A DNA stretch of 63,358 nt, counting the filler, from Thermodesulfobacteriota bacterium (GTDB taxonomy: Bacteria > DASVDK01): assembly GCA_036381125.1 (NCBI GenBank). It is 7 parts of 7 records of this genome, joined end to end, with 100 filler letters (N's around TTAATTAATTAA, not from the genome) between each part and the next. Parts side by side here need not be neighbours in the genome. Positions count along the whole stretch, not along the records: positions 23,704 to 53,498 come from DASVDK010000036.1; 6 more parts are not named here. One strand, given 5' to 3'. The position numbers were made by a program, and so were the translations under genes. Below the pieces are notes generated by a model, which saw only the letters and a program-made list of their open reading frames with translations, was not told where the DNA came from and ran no database searches. Shown here piece after piece: positions 40,903 to 50,164 of the stretch. Each line of letters begins with the position of its first letter. The first letter of the stretch is position 1.

Positions 40903-41429
40903 GGCTGCCCGACGACCTCGACCCTCTGCATGACGTCGCCGACCCTGATCTGCCGGACGACGTCCATCCCCTCGACGACCTGGCCGAAGACGGTGTACTT
41001 GCCGTCGAGGAAGGGCTGCGGCCCGAGGCAGATGTAGAACTGGCTGCCGGCCGAATCGGGGTGCTGCGCCCGCGCCATCGCCACGGTGCCGTCGAGGTGC
41101 TTGCGGCTGTTGAACTCCGCCTTGAGCGTGTAGCCCGGGCCGCCGGTGCCGTCCCCCTTCGGGTCGCCGCCCTGGACGACGAAGCCGGGGACCACGCGGT
41201 GGAACTTGAGGCCGTTGTAGAAGCCCTTCCTGGTGAGCGAGAGAAAGCTCTCGACGGTCTTTGGCGCGTCGCCGGGGTAGAGCTCGATCACGAACGCGCC
41301 CCCCTTGGCCATGGTGATCTTCACCCTGGGGTTCGCCTGGGCCGCATCGGCCATGTCGGCGCCTCCGAAGACGAGGGTTGAGAGGGCGAGGAGGGCCAGC
41401 GCGGCCCGCCTCGTCGTGCGTGCGGTCAT
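40899..41429 (-). CDS. Cyclophilin-type peptidyl-prolyl isomerase
   Basis: APKTV, FHRVVPGFVVQGGDP, AMAR...DSAGSQFYI, YTVFGQV. Confidence 0.95.
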   Translation of the reverse strand: MTARTTRRAALALLALSTLVFGGADMADAAQANPRVKITMAKGGAFVIELYPGDAPKTVESFLSLTRKGFYNGLKFHRVVPGFVVQGGDPKGDGTGGPGYTLKAEFNSRKHLDGTVAMARAQHPDSAGSQFYICLGPQPFLDGKYTVFGQVVEGMDVVRQIRVGDVMQRVEVVGQP

Positions 41430-41439
41430 ACGGTCCTCC

Positions 41440-42198
41440 CTAGAACAGCTCGAGCCGCTTGAACGCCTCGGCGTACCCCGACGCCACCCGCCCCTGCCTC
41501 GCCGCATCGACCGCGCGCTGGCGGATCCGCTCGGGCCAGTTCGGCAGCCGCTGCACCTGGCTCTCGTGACGGGCGATGGCCGCGATCTTGCGCTCGATCG
41601 TCTCGGCCACGTCGACGAACAGGTCGGGCTCGTCGGCCGACCAGAGGTAGACCAGCGTCGTCTCGTGCGGCTCGTGGCCGGCGACGAGCTGCTCGGGCTG
41701 GAAGAGGTGGTCGCGGGCCGCCACCAGGCCGTCGAGCGTGGCCTGCCCGATGGCGCGGTGGTCCGGGTGGATCATGTACCGCTTCCAGGGGTCGTGCGTG
41801 AGGATCACGTCCGGCCGGAACCGCCGGATGAGGAGCGAGCACTCGGCGCGCAGGGCCAGCGTCGGCTCGAGCGTGCCGTCGCCGTGCCGCAGGAAGTGCA
41901 CCTCGCGCACGCCGAGCGTCTCGGCCGCGCTCCGCTGCTCCCGCTCGCGCCGCTCGGCGAGCCCGTACGGCGACACGGTCCGGTCCTTCGAGCCGCGGCT
42001 TCCGTCGGTGGCCACCACGTAGATCACCTCGGCCCCGCGGGCCGCGAAGCGGGCGATGGTGCCGCCGGCGCCGAACTCGGCGTCGTCGGGGTGGGCCGCG
42101 ACGACGAGCGCCCGCCTCGGCACGAAGTCGGCCGGGGTGGTCGCCGGCTCGTCCCCGATGGGGATCCCCTTGGTCGTCATGCCGGCCGCCGCCTCCAC
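41440..42198 (-). CDS. PIG-L family deacetylase (MshB/BshB-like)
   Basis: AHPDDAE, ATDG..G, RxxE, HPDH, HESQ; start may be 42180. Confidence 0.9.
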   Translation of the reverse strand: MEAAAGMTTKGIPIGDEPATTPADFVPRRALVVAAHPDDAEFGAGGTIARFAARGAEVIYVVATDGSRGSKDRTVSPYGLAERREREQRSAAETLGVREVHFLRHGDGTLEPTLALRAECSLLIRRFRPDVILTHDPWKRYMIHPDHRAIGQATLDGLVAARDHLFQPEQLVAGHEPHETTLVYLWSADEPDLFVDVAETIERKIAAIARHESQVQRLPNWPERIRQRAVDAARQGRVASGYAEAFKRLELF

Positions 42199-43439
42199 CG
42201 GCTCTCGCCGACCGCCGTCGACCCGAGCGCGACCAGGCCCTCGTACAGCGTCCGGATGCGCGCCGCCACCGACGACCAGCCGTAGCCGATCACGGCCGAC
42301 CGGGCCCGCGAGCGAATCCGCGCCGTGAGGTCCGCGTCGGCGAAGAGCCGCGCGAGCGCGCGCGCGAGGGCGCCCGCGTCGCCCGGCGGCACGATCAGCC
42401 CGTTCACACCGTCCTCGACCAGGTCGGGCACGACGCCGACCGGCGTCGCGACCAGCGCCGCTCCCGAGGCGAGCGCCTCGAGCGCCACCAGGTTGAACGA
42501 CTCGTAGGCCGAGGGGACGACCACCGCGGCGGCGGCGGCGTAGTAGTCGGCCAGCACCGCCCGCGGCTCGGGCCCCCGGAACTCGACGCGGCCGGCGATG
42601 CCGAGGTCGGCGGCCAGCCGGCCGAGCCGCGCCGCCTCGCCCCCCGCGTCCCCCTCGGCCCCGTCGCCCCCCACGACGACGAGCCGGATCCGCGGGTCGT
42701 CGAGCCGCGCCACCGCCTCGACGAGCCGGTCGACCCCCTTCAACGGCTCGAGACGGCCCACGTAGACGACCGGCCTCACCCCCTCGAGGCCGAGCCGGCG
42801 GCGCGCCGCCTCGGGCTCGCGCGGCGCGAACGCCGCCAGGTCGACGCCGCAGGGGACGACCGCCACGCGGTCCTCCCTCGCGCGGAGCGTCCCGACCAGC
42901 TCGCGCGCCTCGGCGGCGGTGGCGGCCACGAGGCGGCAGGCGACGCGGGCCAGCAGGGACTCGCTCCGCAGGCGGGCCGGCTCGGCCCGCTCGGCCGCGG
43001 CGGCCGCCCAGCGGGTCTTGAGGTGTCCCAGGGTGTGGAACATCTGGACGAGCGGGACCCCGAACCGGCGAGCGAGGTCGATGCCGGCCCGCCCCGCGAG
43101 CCAGTAGTGCGCGTGCACGAGGTCGTAGGGCCCCGCGTCGCGGGCGAAGGCGTCGACGCGCGCCGCGAACTCCCCCGTGTACGCCTCGAGCTGGCCCTTG
43201 GGGAGCGCCGCCCGCGGCCCGGCCTTGACGTGGACGAGCCTCGCGAGCGGCCCGATCGGCCTGATCGCCGGCAGCGCGCAGCCGTGGTCGCGGGTGAACA
43301 CGTCCACCCCCACCCCCTGCCGCCCGAGAGCCGCCGCCAGCTCGCGCACGTACACGTTCATCCCGCCCGCCGAGCCGGCCCCGGGGGGCACGAGCGGACA
43401 GGTGTGGTAGGCCAGCATCGCGACCCGCGTCGAAGTCAC
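42177..43439 (-). CDS. MshA-like GT4 glycosyltransferase
   Basis: RVAMLAYHTCPL..PG.GSAGGMNVYV, DLVHAHYWLAG, FHTLG..K, GRLEPLKG, ESFNLVALEA. Confidence 0.88.
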   Translation of the reverse strand: MTSTRVAMLAYHTCPLVPPGAGSAGGMNVYVRELAAALGRQGVGVDVFTRDHGCALPAIRPIGPLARLVHVKAGPRAALPKGQLEAYTGEFAARVDAFARDAGPYDLVHAHYWLAGRAGIDLARRFGVPLVQMFHTLGHLKTRWAAAAAERAEPARLRSESLLARVACRLVAATAAEARELVGTLRAREDRVAVVPCGVDLAAFAPREPEAARRRLGLEGVRPVVYVGRLEPLKGVDRLVEAVARLDDPRIRLVVVGGDGAEGDAGGEAARLGRLAADLGIAGRVEFRGPEPRAVLADYYAAAAAVVVPSAYESFNLVALEALASGAALVATPVGVVPDLVEDGVNGLIVPPGDAGALARALARLFADADLTARIRSRARSAVIGYGWSSVAARIRTLYEGLVALGSTAVGESRWRRRPA

Positions 43440-44491
43440 CGCCCTCCCCTCTCGATCGTCAAGCGACGGACCACCCGATCGCGTCCGCCGAGGTCGTACT
43501 TGTAGCGTTCGGTGCCCCGGAGGAAGTCGAAGACCCGCACGCCTCGCCGGCAGGCCGCCTCGATGCAGCGCGCGAGGAGCACCAGGCCGGGCGAGAGCCG
43601 CGCCGTCGACGGGTCGTACCCCGAGTTGTAGAGGTACCAGCCCCCCCGGTAGTCGAACAGGCACATCGCGGCGAGCGGCCGGTCGTCCGCGTCCGCCAGC
43701 CGCGCGATCACCAGCTCGTCGCGCTCGGCGATCCCGGCCGCCATGTCGCGGAAGAACGCCTCCATGGCCGGCGTCATGAACCGCGCCTTCTCGGCGCCCG
43801 AGCGTCGGTGGAGCGCGATGAACTCCGGCAGGGCCGCCACCGCCTCGTCCCGCCTCAGCAGGCGCACCGAGGCCCCCGGCGCCTCCCGCTCGAACCGGCG
43901 CACCTTCCGGCGCAGCTCGTGCCGCGCCTCCCGACCGAGCCCCGCGAGGTAGGCGTCGTAGTCGGCCGGCAGCGCGATCACCGGGCTGCGCGCCTGCTCC
44001 TCGACCGACAGCGCGAGGCCGGCCCGCGCGAGGGCGGCCCCGGCCACGGCGAGCGTCGGCGAGTCGTCGGGGACGTTGTCGAGGACCGCCCGGGCCACGT
44101 CCGCCTGCTCGGCGAGCCACGCCGAGAGCCGCTCCCACGCCTCGGCCTCCCGCCCGGCGAGCGCCAGGATATCGAGGTAATCGGCCACGTCGACCGGCCC
44201 GTCCGGCGCGCCCACGAGGCGGAGCACGCCCCGGTCCTCGAAGAAGGGGGCAAGGGCGACCGGCGGTTCCCCCTCGCCGTGCGCCGTCGCCGACGGCGGT
44301 GGGAGGACGGCCACCCGGAGAGGACGGCCCCCGCCGAAGTGCCGCCACCAGGCGCGTTGCCAGGGAGGAGCGAGAAAAATCGAGGAGTTGCCGCTACCGG
44401 CCTCGACGGCTCGCCAGATGGCGTCGAGCGCCGCGAGCGCGTCGACACCCGGCCGGCCCGCCGGACAGCCGGCCGCGAGGTCGATCGGCAT
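43436..44491 (-). CDS. CelD/BcsL-like GNAT (Acetyltransf_6) protein
   Basis: FL.P.W..AWW.HF, DYLDIL, R.ELRRK.RR, YNSGYDP, SPG.VL, FDFLRG.ERYKY. Confidence 0.88.
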   Translation of the reverse strand: MPIDLAAGCPAGRPGVDALAALDAIWRAVEAGSGNSSIFLAPPWQRAWWRHFGGGRPLRVAVLPPPSATAHGEGEPPVALAPFFEDRGVLRLVGAPDGPVDVADYLDILALAGREAEAWERLSAWLAEQADVARAVLDNVPDDSPTLAVAGAALARAGLALSVEEQARSPVIALPADYDAYLAGLGREARHELRRKVRRFEREAPGASVRLLRRDEAVAALPEFIALHRRSGAEKARFMTPAMEAFFRDMAAGIAERDELVIARLADADDRPLAAMCLFDYRGGWYLYNSGYDPSTARLSPGLVLLARCIEAACRRGVRVFDFLRGTERYKYDLGGRDRVVRRLTIERGGR

Positions 44492-44548
44492 GTCGCGATT
44501 GTAGCAAGAGGGGTCTCGCGCGCCCCGCGAGGCGGCCGCGGACGCCGC

Positions 44549-44800
44549 CTATCGGACCCGCGTATCGAGCGCCGCGAGCAGCAGGGCGGCAAAGCCGAGG
44601 AGGAGGAACGCGACGCCGCGCATCCCGGCCGGCTCGACGGCGACGGCCGCCCGCACCGGGACCGGGCGCGGGGCGCGATGGTGGACGACGACGTGGACGG
44701 CCGCCGGCGTGCGCCGCTGCGGCTCGAAGCGGACATCGGTCGGGCAGGCGCCTGCCGGACAGGTGCAACGACTGAAGACGACGGGGTTCCAACGGGCCAT
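44549..44800 (-). CDS. Possible small protein with Cys cluster and C-terminal TM segment
   Basis: GGAGG RBS before ATG; CTCPAGAC; hydrophobic VAFLLLGFAALLLAAL. No family recognised. Confidence 0.35.
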   Translation of the reverse strand: MARWNPVVFSRCTCPAGACPTDVRFEPQRRTPAAVHVVVHHRAPRPVPVRAAVAVEPAGMRGVAFLLLGFAALLLAALDTRVR

Positions 44801-44895
44801 TCGGCGGCCTCCGGGTCCGGGCGGGCAGCCGCCCGGATCGAGGCTCTACTTACCCCAGAGGCCGCCGACGAGGCAAGGGCTTTCTGTGAGTGACG

Positions 44896-45519
44896 CTACA
44901 CCCGCTTGAGCCGTTCCACGAGCCGCCACCCGGATGCCAGCAGGCCGGCCGCCAGGACGAGCTTCAGCACGTCGCCCGGCAGGAACGGCCAGAGCCCCTT
45001 GGCGAGGAGCGTCCCGAGCGGCATCGGCTGCCAGAGCCAGAGGCCGATCAGGCCGAGCGCGTAGATCGGCAGGCTCGCCAGCAGCATGGCGGCGATGCCG
45101 CGGCCGAAGCGGCGGTCCCACCCGGCCTCCGCGAGCCGGCCCATGAGCCAGGCGGAGACCGCGAAGCCGACGAGGTAGCCGGCGGTCGGTCCGAGGAACC
45201 GCTCGGCGCCCGCCGCCCCGCCCGGCTGGAACACCGGCAGGCCGACGGCGCCGGCCACGAGGTAGCCGAGGAGGGCGATGAGCCCCAGGCGCGCGCCGAG
45301 GATGCCCCCGGTGAGCCGTACCGCGAACGTCTGCCCGGTGATCGGCACCGGCGTGAAGGGGAGCGGGATGGCCACCTGGGCGAAGAGCGCGTTGACGCCG
45401 ATGAAGCCGGCGACGAGGAGCGCGTCGCGCAAGGCCCCCGCCTTCGGGCAGGCCACGTCGGCGAGCGTGAGCGGTGGACGCGTACCGAGGAGATCGACCG
45501 GGCTGGTCGCCATGTGCAT
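44896..45519 (-). CDS. bioY: Biotin ECF transporter substrate component
   Basis: PFTPVPITGQTFAV, GLPVF, GPTAGYLVGF, PFLPGD.LK. Confidence 0.92.
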   Translation of the reverse strand: MHMATSPVDLLGTRPPLTLADVACPKAGALRDALLVAGFIGVNALFAQVAIPLPFTPVPITGQTFAVRLTGGILGARLGLIALLGYLVAGAVGLPVFQPGGAAGAERFLGPTAGYLVGFAVSAWLMGRLAEAGWDRRFGRGIAAMLLASLPIYALGLIGLWLWQPMPLGTLLAKGLWPFLPGDVLKLVLAAGLLASGWRLVERLKRV

Positions 45520-45641
45520 GCCTCCGAATGGATGACGATCGTGGGACGCGAACGGACGCCGGAAGGATAGCTCGACAGAGTTTGGGCCCGTGTTTTAATA
45601 TTCTGATCACGGCTCCCCTGACGACTTCCGAGGAGGATCCC

Positions 45642-46886
45642 ATGCGACGTCTCCCGCTGCTCCTGGCCACCGCGCTCTTCGCCTGGGCGAGCCTGCCCGG
45701 CGCGGCGTCGGCCCAGGTGAAGATCGGCTTCCTCGCACCCCTCACCGGCCCCCAGGCCGAGGCCGGCATCGCGCTGCGACAGGGCGCGCTGCTCGCCGTG
45801 GAGGAGATCAACGCCGCGGGCGGCGTCGCGATCGGCGGCAAGAAGCAGAAGCTCGAGCTCCTCGTCGAGGACACGACCTCGAAGCCCGACGTCGGCGTGG
45901 CGCTCGGCGAGAAGCTCATCACGAGCGACAAGGTCCACATCCTCGTGGGCGACTCCTACGCCAGCTCGGTCACCATGGCGGTCATGGAGCTGGCCCCGAA
46001 GTACGGCATCCCCATCTACTCCATCGAGCCGGTCTCCGGGGCGATCGCCGACAAGGTGGCCGCGAACCCCGAGCGGTACGCCACCTACTGGAAGGGGGAC
46101 TTCAACTCCGACGCGTACGCCAGGACCGTCTTCCAGACGGCGATGGACCTCGTGAAGGAGGGCAAGTTCACGCCGCGGACGAAGACGGTCGCCTTCGTCG
46201 TCGAGGACACCGACTACGGCCGCTCGAACGCGAGCGACGCCGGCCGGCTCTTCACCGAGGTCGGCTGGAAGGTCGTGGCGACCGAGACGGTGCCGCTCGG
46301 CTACACCGACTTCTACCCGCAGTTCGGCAAGGTGCGCGGGCTTGCGCCCGACGTCGTCGTGAGCTGCTTCACGAGCAACTCGTCCGGCATCGCGTTCGCC
46401 AAGCAGTACGTCGAGCAGGGCGTCTCGGCGCTGCACCTCGCCATCTACTACCCGACGCGGTCGGAGTTCATCCCGCAGGCCGGCAAGGCGGCGGAGGGGA
46501 TCCTCTGGACGCCGCTCCTCTTCGACCCGGAGAACATCAAGGCGCAGGTCGCCTTCGCGAAGGCGATCCAGGAGAGGTTCCTCAAGGGCACCACGTCGAA
46601 GCCGAACAGCGACAACGCGTACGGCTACGACGGCATCATGAACATCGCCGACGTGCTCACGCGGGCCGGCTCGCTCGACCCGAAGAAGATCTCCGACGCC
46701 TTCGCGACGCTCGACCGCCGGGGGCTCCTCGGCCGCTACAAGTTCGACCCGAAGAACCACACCGTCATGGCGGGGCCGGAGTACATCCCGGTGCCGACCG
46801 CGCAGATCCAGAACGGCAGGAACGTCATCGTCTGGCCGGCGACGGTCAAGGCTGGCGAGTACCAGACGCAGCCCTGGACGCGGTAG
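45642..46886 (+). CDS. Branched-chain (Liv-type) ABC substrate-binding protein
   Basis: RBS GAGGAGG, signal peptide, KIGFLAPLTG, AVEEINAAGG, EDTDYG, YGYDG. Confidence 0.92.
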   Translation: MRRLPLLLATALFAWASLPGAASAQVKIGFLAPLTGPQAEAGIALRQGALLAVEEINAAGGVAIGGKKQKLELLVEDTTSKPDVGVALGEKLITSDKVHILVGDSYASSVTMAVMELAPKYGIPIYSIEPVSGAIADKVAANPERYATYWKGDFNSDAYARTVFQTAMDLVKEGKFTPRTKTVAFVVEDTDYGRSNASDAGRLFTEVGWKVVATETVPLGYTDFYPQFGKVRGLAPDVVVSCFTSNSSGIAFAKQYVEQGVSALHLAIYYPTRSEFIPQAGKAAEGILWTPLLFDPENIKAQVAFAKAIQERFLKGTTSKPNSDNAYGYDGIMNIADVLTRAGSLDPKKISDAFATLDRRGLLGRYKFDPKNHTVMAGPEYIPVPTAQIQNGRNVIVWPATVKAGEYQTQPWTR

Positions 46887-46890
46887 GCCG

Positions 46891-47634
46891 GTGGCGGCCG
46901 AGCCGCTCCTCGAGGTACGGGGCGTCTCGAAGAGCTTCGGAGGCCTCAAGGCCCTCTCGGACGTGAGCCTCGCGCTCGCACCGGGGGAGGTTCTCGGCCT
47001 CATCGGGCCGAACGGCGCCGGCAAGACGACGCTCTTCAACGTCGTGGCCGGCGTTTATCGGCCCGATCGGGGGGAGGTCCGCTTCAAGGGGGCGCCGATC
47101 GACCGGCTTGCGCCGCACGCGCGCTGCCGCCTCGGGCTGGCCCGCACCTTCCAGATCACGAAGCCCTTCCCCGGCCTCACGGTGCTCGAGAACGCCATGG
47201 TCGGCGGCGTCTTCGGGCACCACGGCCGCTCGACGCTCGCCGAGGGACGGGCCCGCGCCGAGGCCGCGCTCGCGCGGGTGGGGCTCGCCGGGCGGGCCGG
47301 GGCGCTGGCCTCGAGCCTCACCATCGGCGAGCGCAAGCGGCTCGAGATGGCGCGCGCGCTGGCCACCGACCCCGAGGTCCTCCTCCTCGACGAGGTGGTG
47401 GCCGGCCTGTCGCCGCCCGAGGTGGACGAGATGATGGCGGCCATTCGCGCCCTCAACGCCTCGGGGCTCGCCATCCTGATGATCGAGCACGTCATGCGCG
47501 CGGTCATGGGCGTGTCGGGCCGGATCGTGGTGCTCCATTACGGGCAGAAGCTCGCCGAGGGGAGCCCGGCCGAGGTCGCGGCGAACGAGCAGGTCGTGGC
47601 CGCGTATCTGGGTGGACGGCGTGCTCGCGCTTGA
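46891..47634 (+). CDS. Liv-type ABC ATP-binding protein (LivG-like)
   Basis: GPNGAGKTT, ARTFQ, LLLDE, IEH, AAYLG. Confidence 0.93.
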   Translation: MAAEPLLEVRGVSKSFGGLKALSDVSLALAPGEVLGLIGPNGAGKTTLFNVVAGVYRPDRGEVRFKGAPIDRLAPHARCRLGLARTFQITKPFPGLTVLENAMVGGVFGHHGRSTLAEGRARAEAALARVGLAGRAGALASSLTIGERKRLEMARALATDPEVLLLDEVVAGLSPPEVDEMMAAIRALNASGLAILMIEHVMRAVMGVSGRIVVLHYGQKLAEGSPAEVAANEQVVAAYLGGRRARA

Positions 47635-48325
47635 GTCGGTCGACGCCGCCTACGGCGACGCGCAGGCGCTCTGGGACGTCTCCCTCACCGTCGGTCGCGG
47701 GGAGATCGTGACGCTGCTCGGCGCCAACGGCGCCGGCAAGACGACCACGCTCAGGACCATCTCGGGCCTGCTCCGGCCCCGGCGCGGCCGGGTGCTCCTC
47801 GACGGCAAGCGGCTCGACACGCGCCCCGCCCACGAGGTGGCGGCCGCCGGCATCGGCCACGTGCCCGAGGCGCGGCGGCTCTTCGCCAACATGACGGTTC
47901 GCGAGAACCTTCTCATGGGGGCCTTCCGCGCCGAGCGCTGGGCCGACCGGGAGGCGACGCTCGAGCGGGTCTTCGAGACCTTCCCCCGGCTCGCCGAGCG
48001 GCGCCACCAGCTCGCCGGCACCCTCTCCGGCGGCGAGCAGCAGATGTGCGCCATCGGGCGCGCCCTGATGGGCCGGCCGTCGCTCCTCATGCTCGACGAG
48101 CCGTCGCTGGGGCTCGCGCCGAACGTCGTGGACCTGATCTTCGACATCATCCGCCAGGTGGCGCAGGGCGGCGTGACGATCCTCCTGGTCGAGCAGAACG
48201 CCCACCTCGCCCTGGAGATCGCCGACCGCGGCTACGTGATGGAGACCGGGCGGATCGTCCTCGAAGGCGCGGGGCGCGACCTCCTGGAGGACGCCCACGT
48301 GCGTCGTGCCTACCTCGGCCTGTAG
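47612..48325 (+). CDS. Liv-type ABC ATP-binding protein (LivF-like)
   Basis: GANGAGKTT, LSGGEQQM, LDEPSLGLAP, VEQN. Confidence 0.93.
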   Translation: MDGVLALESVDAAYGDAQALWDVSLTVGRGEIVTLLGANGAGKTTTLRTISGLLRPRRGRVLLDGKRLDTRPAHEVAAAGIGHVPEARRLFANMTVRENLLMGAFRAERWADREATLERVFETFPRLAERRHQLAGTLSGGEQQMCAIGRALMGRPSLLMLDEPSLGLAPNVVDLIFDIIRQVAQGGVTILLVEQNAHLALEIADRGYVMETGRIVLEGAGRDLLEDAHVRRAYLGL

Positions 48326-48338
48326 GAGTCGGTCCGCC

Positions 48339-49214
48339 GTGCCCTGGTTCATCGTCGTCGAGCAGATCCTGAACGGCCTCGTCCTCGGGGCGATCTACGC
48401 CATCATGGCGAGCGGGCTCTCCCTCATCTGGGGCTCGCTCAAGATGCTCAACTTCGCCCACGGCGAGTTCTACATGCTCGGGGGCTACGGGCTCTACCTC
48501 CTCCTCCTCTACACCGGCCTGCCGCTCGGCGTCGCCGTGCCGATCTGCGTCGCCGCCGTGTACCTCGCCGGCTGGCTCGTCGAGCGGGCCTTCGTGCAGC
48601 CGCTCCTCGACAAGCCGGGCTGGGACGTGTCGCCGCTCATCGCGACGCTCGGCATCTCGATCGTCCTGCAGAACCTCGCCCTGCGCCTCCTCGGCGAGCG
48701 GATCCAGAGCCTCCCCTACTTCGTCGAGGGGACCCTCGCCCTCGGCAGCGTCCGGATCGCCTGGCACCGGGTCCTCATCCTCCTCGTCTCGGGCCTGGTC
48801 ATCGCCGCCTTCGTGTCGATCCTCAAGACGACCCGGCTCGGCATGGCGCTCCGGGCGACCGCGCAGGACCGCGACGCTGCCACGCTCCAGGGGATCAACG
48901 TGCGGGGGGTCTACGCGATGACCTTCGGCCTGAGCGCCGCGCTCGCCGCCCTCGCCGGCACCATGCTCGCCCCCATCTTCTCCGTGAGCCCCTGGATGGG
49001 GGCCGCGCTCCTCGGCAAGGCCTTCGTGGTCTGCGTCCTCGGCGGGCTCGGCAGCCTCGAGGGCGCGATCCTCGGCGGGGTCATCCTCGGCACGGTCGAG
49101 AGCCTCGCCGTCGTCCTCTGGTCGTCGGAGTGGAAGGACGTCGTCTCCTTCATCGTGCTGATCGGCGTGCTCTGGGTGCGCCCGGCCGGGCTCTTCGGGA
49201 CGCGGGAATGGTGA
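48339..49214 (+). CDS. Liv-type ABC permease (LivH-like)
   Basis: NGLVLGAIYA, NFAHGEFYM, GMALRA, LGGLGS, RPAGLFG. Confidence 0.92.
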   Translation: MPWFIVVEQILNGLVLGAIYAIMASGLSLIWGSLKMLNFAHGEFYMLGGYGLYLLLLYTGLPLGVAVPICVAAVYLAGWLVERAFVQPLLDKPGWDVSPLIATLGISIVLQNLALRLLGERIQSLPYFVEGTLALGSVRIAWHRVLILLVSGLVIAAFVSILKTTRLGMALRATAQDRDAATLQGINVRGVYAMTFGLSAALAALAGTMLAPIFSVSPWMGAALLGKAFVVCVLGGLGSLEGAILGGVILGTVESLAVVLWSSEWKDVVSFIVLIGVLWVRPAGLFGTREW

Positions 49215-50164
49215 AGCCCGATCGGACGCCGCAGGTCATCTGGCTGGCCGGCCTCCTGGTGCTGGTCGTCCTGCCGGCCGTCCTGCCGAACGACTACGTG
49301 GTCACGGTGCTCATCCTCTGCATGCTCCACGCCGTGCTCGCCTCGTCGTGGAACTTCCTCATGGGCTTCGCCGGGATCTTCAGCTTCGGCCACCAGGCCT
49401 TCTACGGCCTCGGCGCCTACGTCTCGGCCCTGCTCGCCATGCGCGCCGGCCTCGACCCCTGGCTCGGCCTCGTCGTCGGCGGCCTCGCCGCGGCGGCCCT
49501 CGGCGCGTTCATCGCCGTGCCGACCCTCAGGCTGCGCGCCGCGCCCTACATCGCCATCGCCACCCTCGGCTTCGCCGAGATCGCCAGGATCACCGCCTCG
49601 AACCTGGTCGGCCTCACGCGCGGGGAGCTGGGCCTGGTCGGCATCCCGCCCCTCACCGACGTCGGCCCGCTGCGGTTCGGCGCCGGCAGCCGGATCGGGT
49701 CGTACTACGCGATGCTCGGCATCCTCGCGCTCACCGTCGTGACGCTGGGGTGGCTCGTGCGGTCGCGGGTGGGGCTCGCGCTCCTCGCCATCCGCGAGTC
49801 CCAGGACGCGGCCGACTCGCTCGGCGTCGCGGTCACCCGGTACAAGGTGCTCGCCTTCGCGGTGTCCTCCTTCTTCGCCGGCGCCGTCGGGGCCTTCTAC
49901 GCCCATACCTTCCTCGTCCTCACGCCGTCGACGGTGCTCTCGATAGCGATCATGATCGAGCTGATCGCCATGACGCTGGTCGGCGGCGCCGGGACGCTCC
50001 TCGGCCCGGTCGTCGGCGCCTTCGCCCTGACCCTCTCGCTCGAGCAGCTCCGGGTGCTCGGCGACTGGCGTCTGCTGATCTACGGCGCCGCCCTCGTCGC
50101 CCTGATCCTCTTCATGCCCGAGGGGGTGATGCGCCGGCTCTTGCCCGGGCGGAGGCACCTGTGA
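49208..50164 (+). CDS. Liv-type ABC permease (LivM-like)
   Basis: SFGHQAFYGLGAY, AIRE...AA.SLG, YKVLAF, GG.GT..GP. Confidence 0.92.
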   Translation: MVKPDRTPQVIWLAGLLVLVVLPAVLPNDYVVTVLILCMLHAVLASSWNFLMGFAGIFSFGHQAFYGLGAYVSALLAMRAGLDPWLGLVVGGLAAAALGAFIAVPTLRLRAAPYIAIATLGFAEIARITASNLVGLTRGELGLVGIPPLTDVGPLRFGAGSRIGSYYAMLGILALTVVTLGWLVRSRVGLALLAIRESQDAADSLGVAVTRYKVLAFAVSSFFAGAVGAFYAHTFLVLTPSTVLSIAIMIELIAMTLVGGAGTLLGPVVGAFALTLSLEQLRVLGDWRLLIYGAALVALILFMPEGVMRRLLPGRRHL

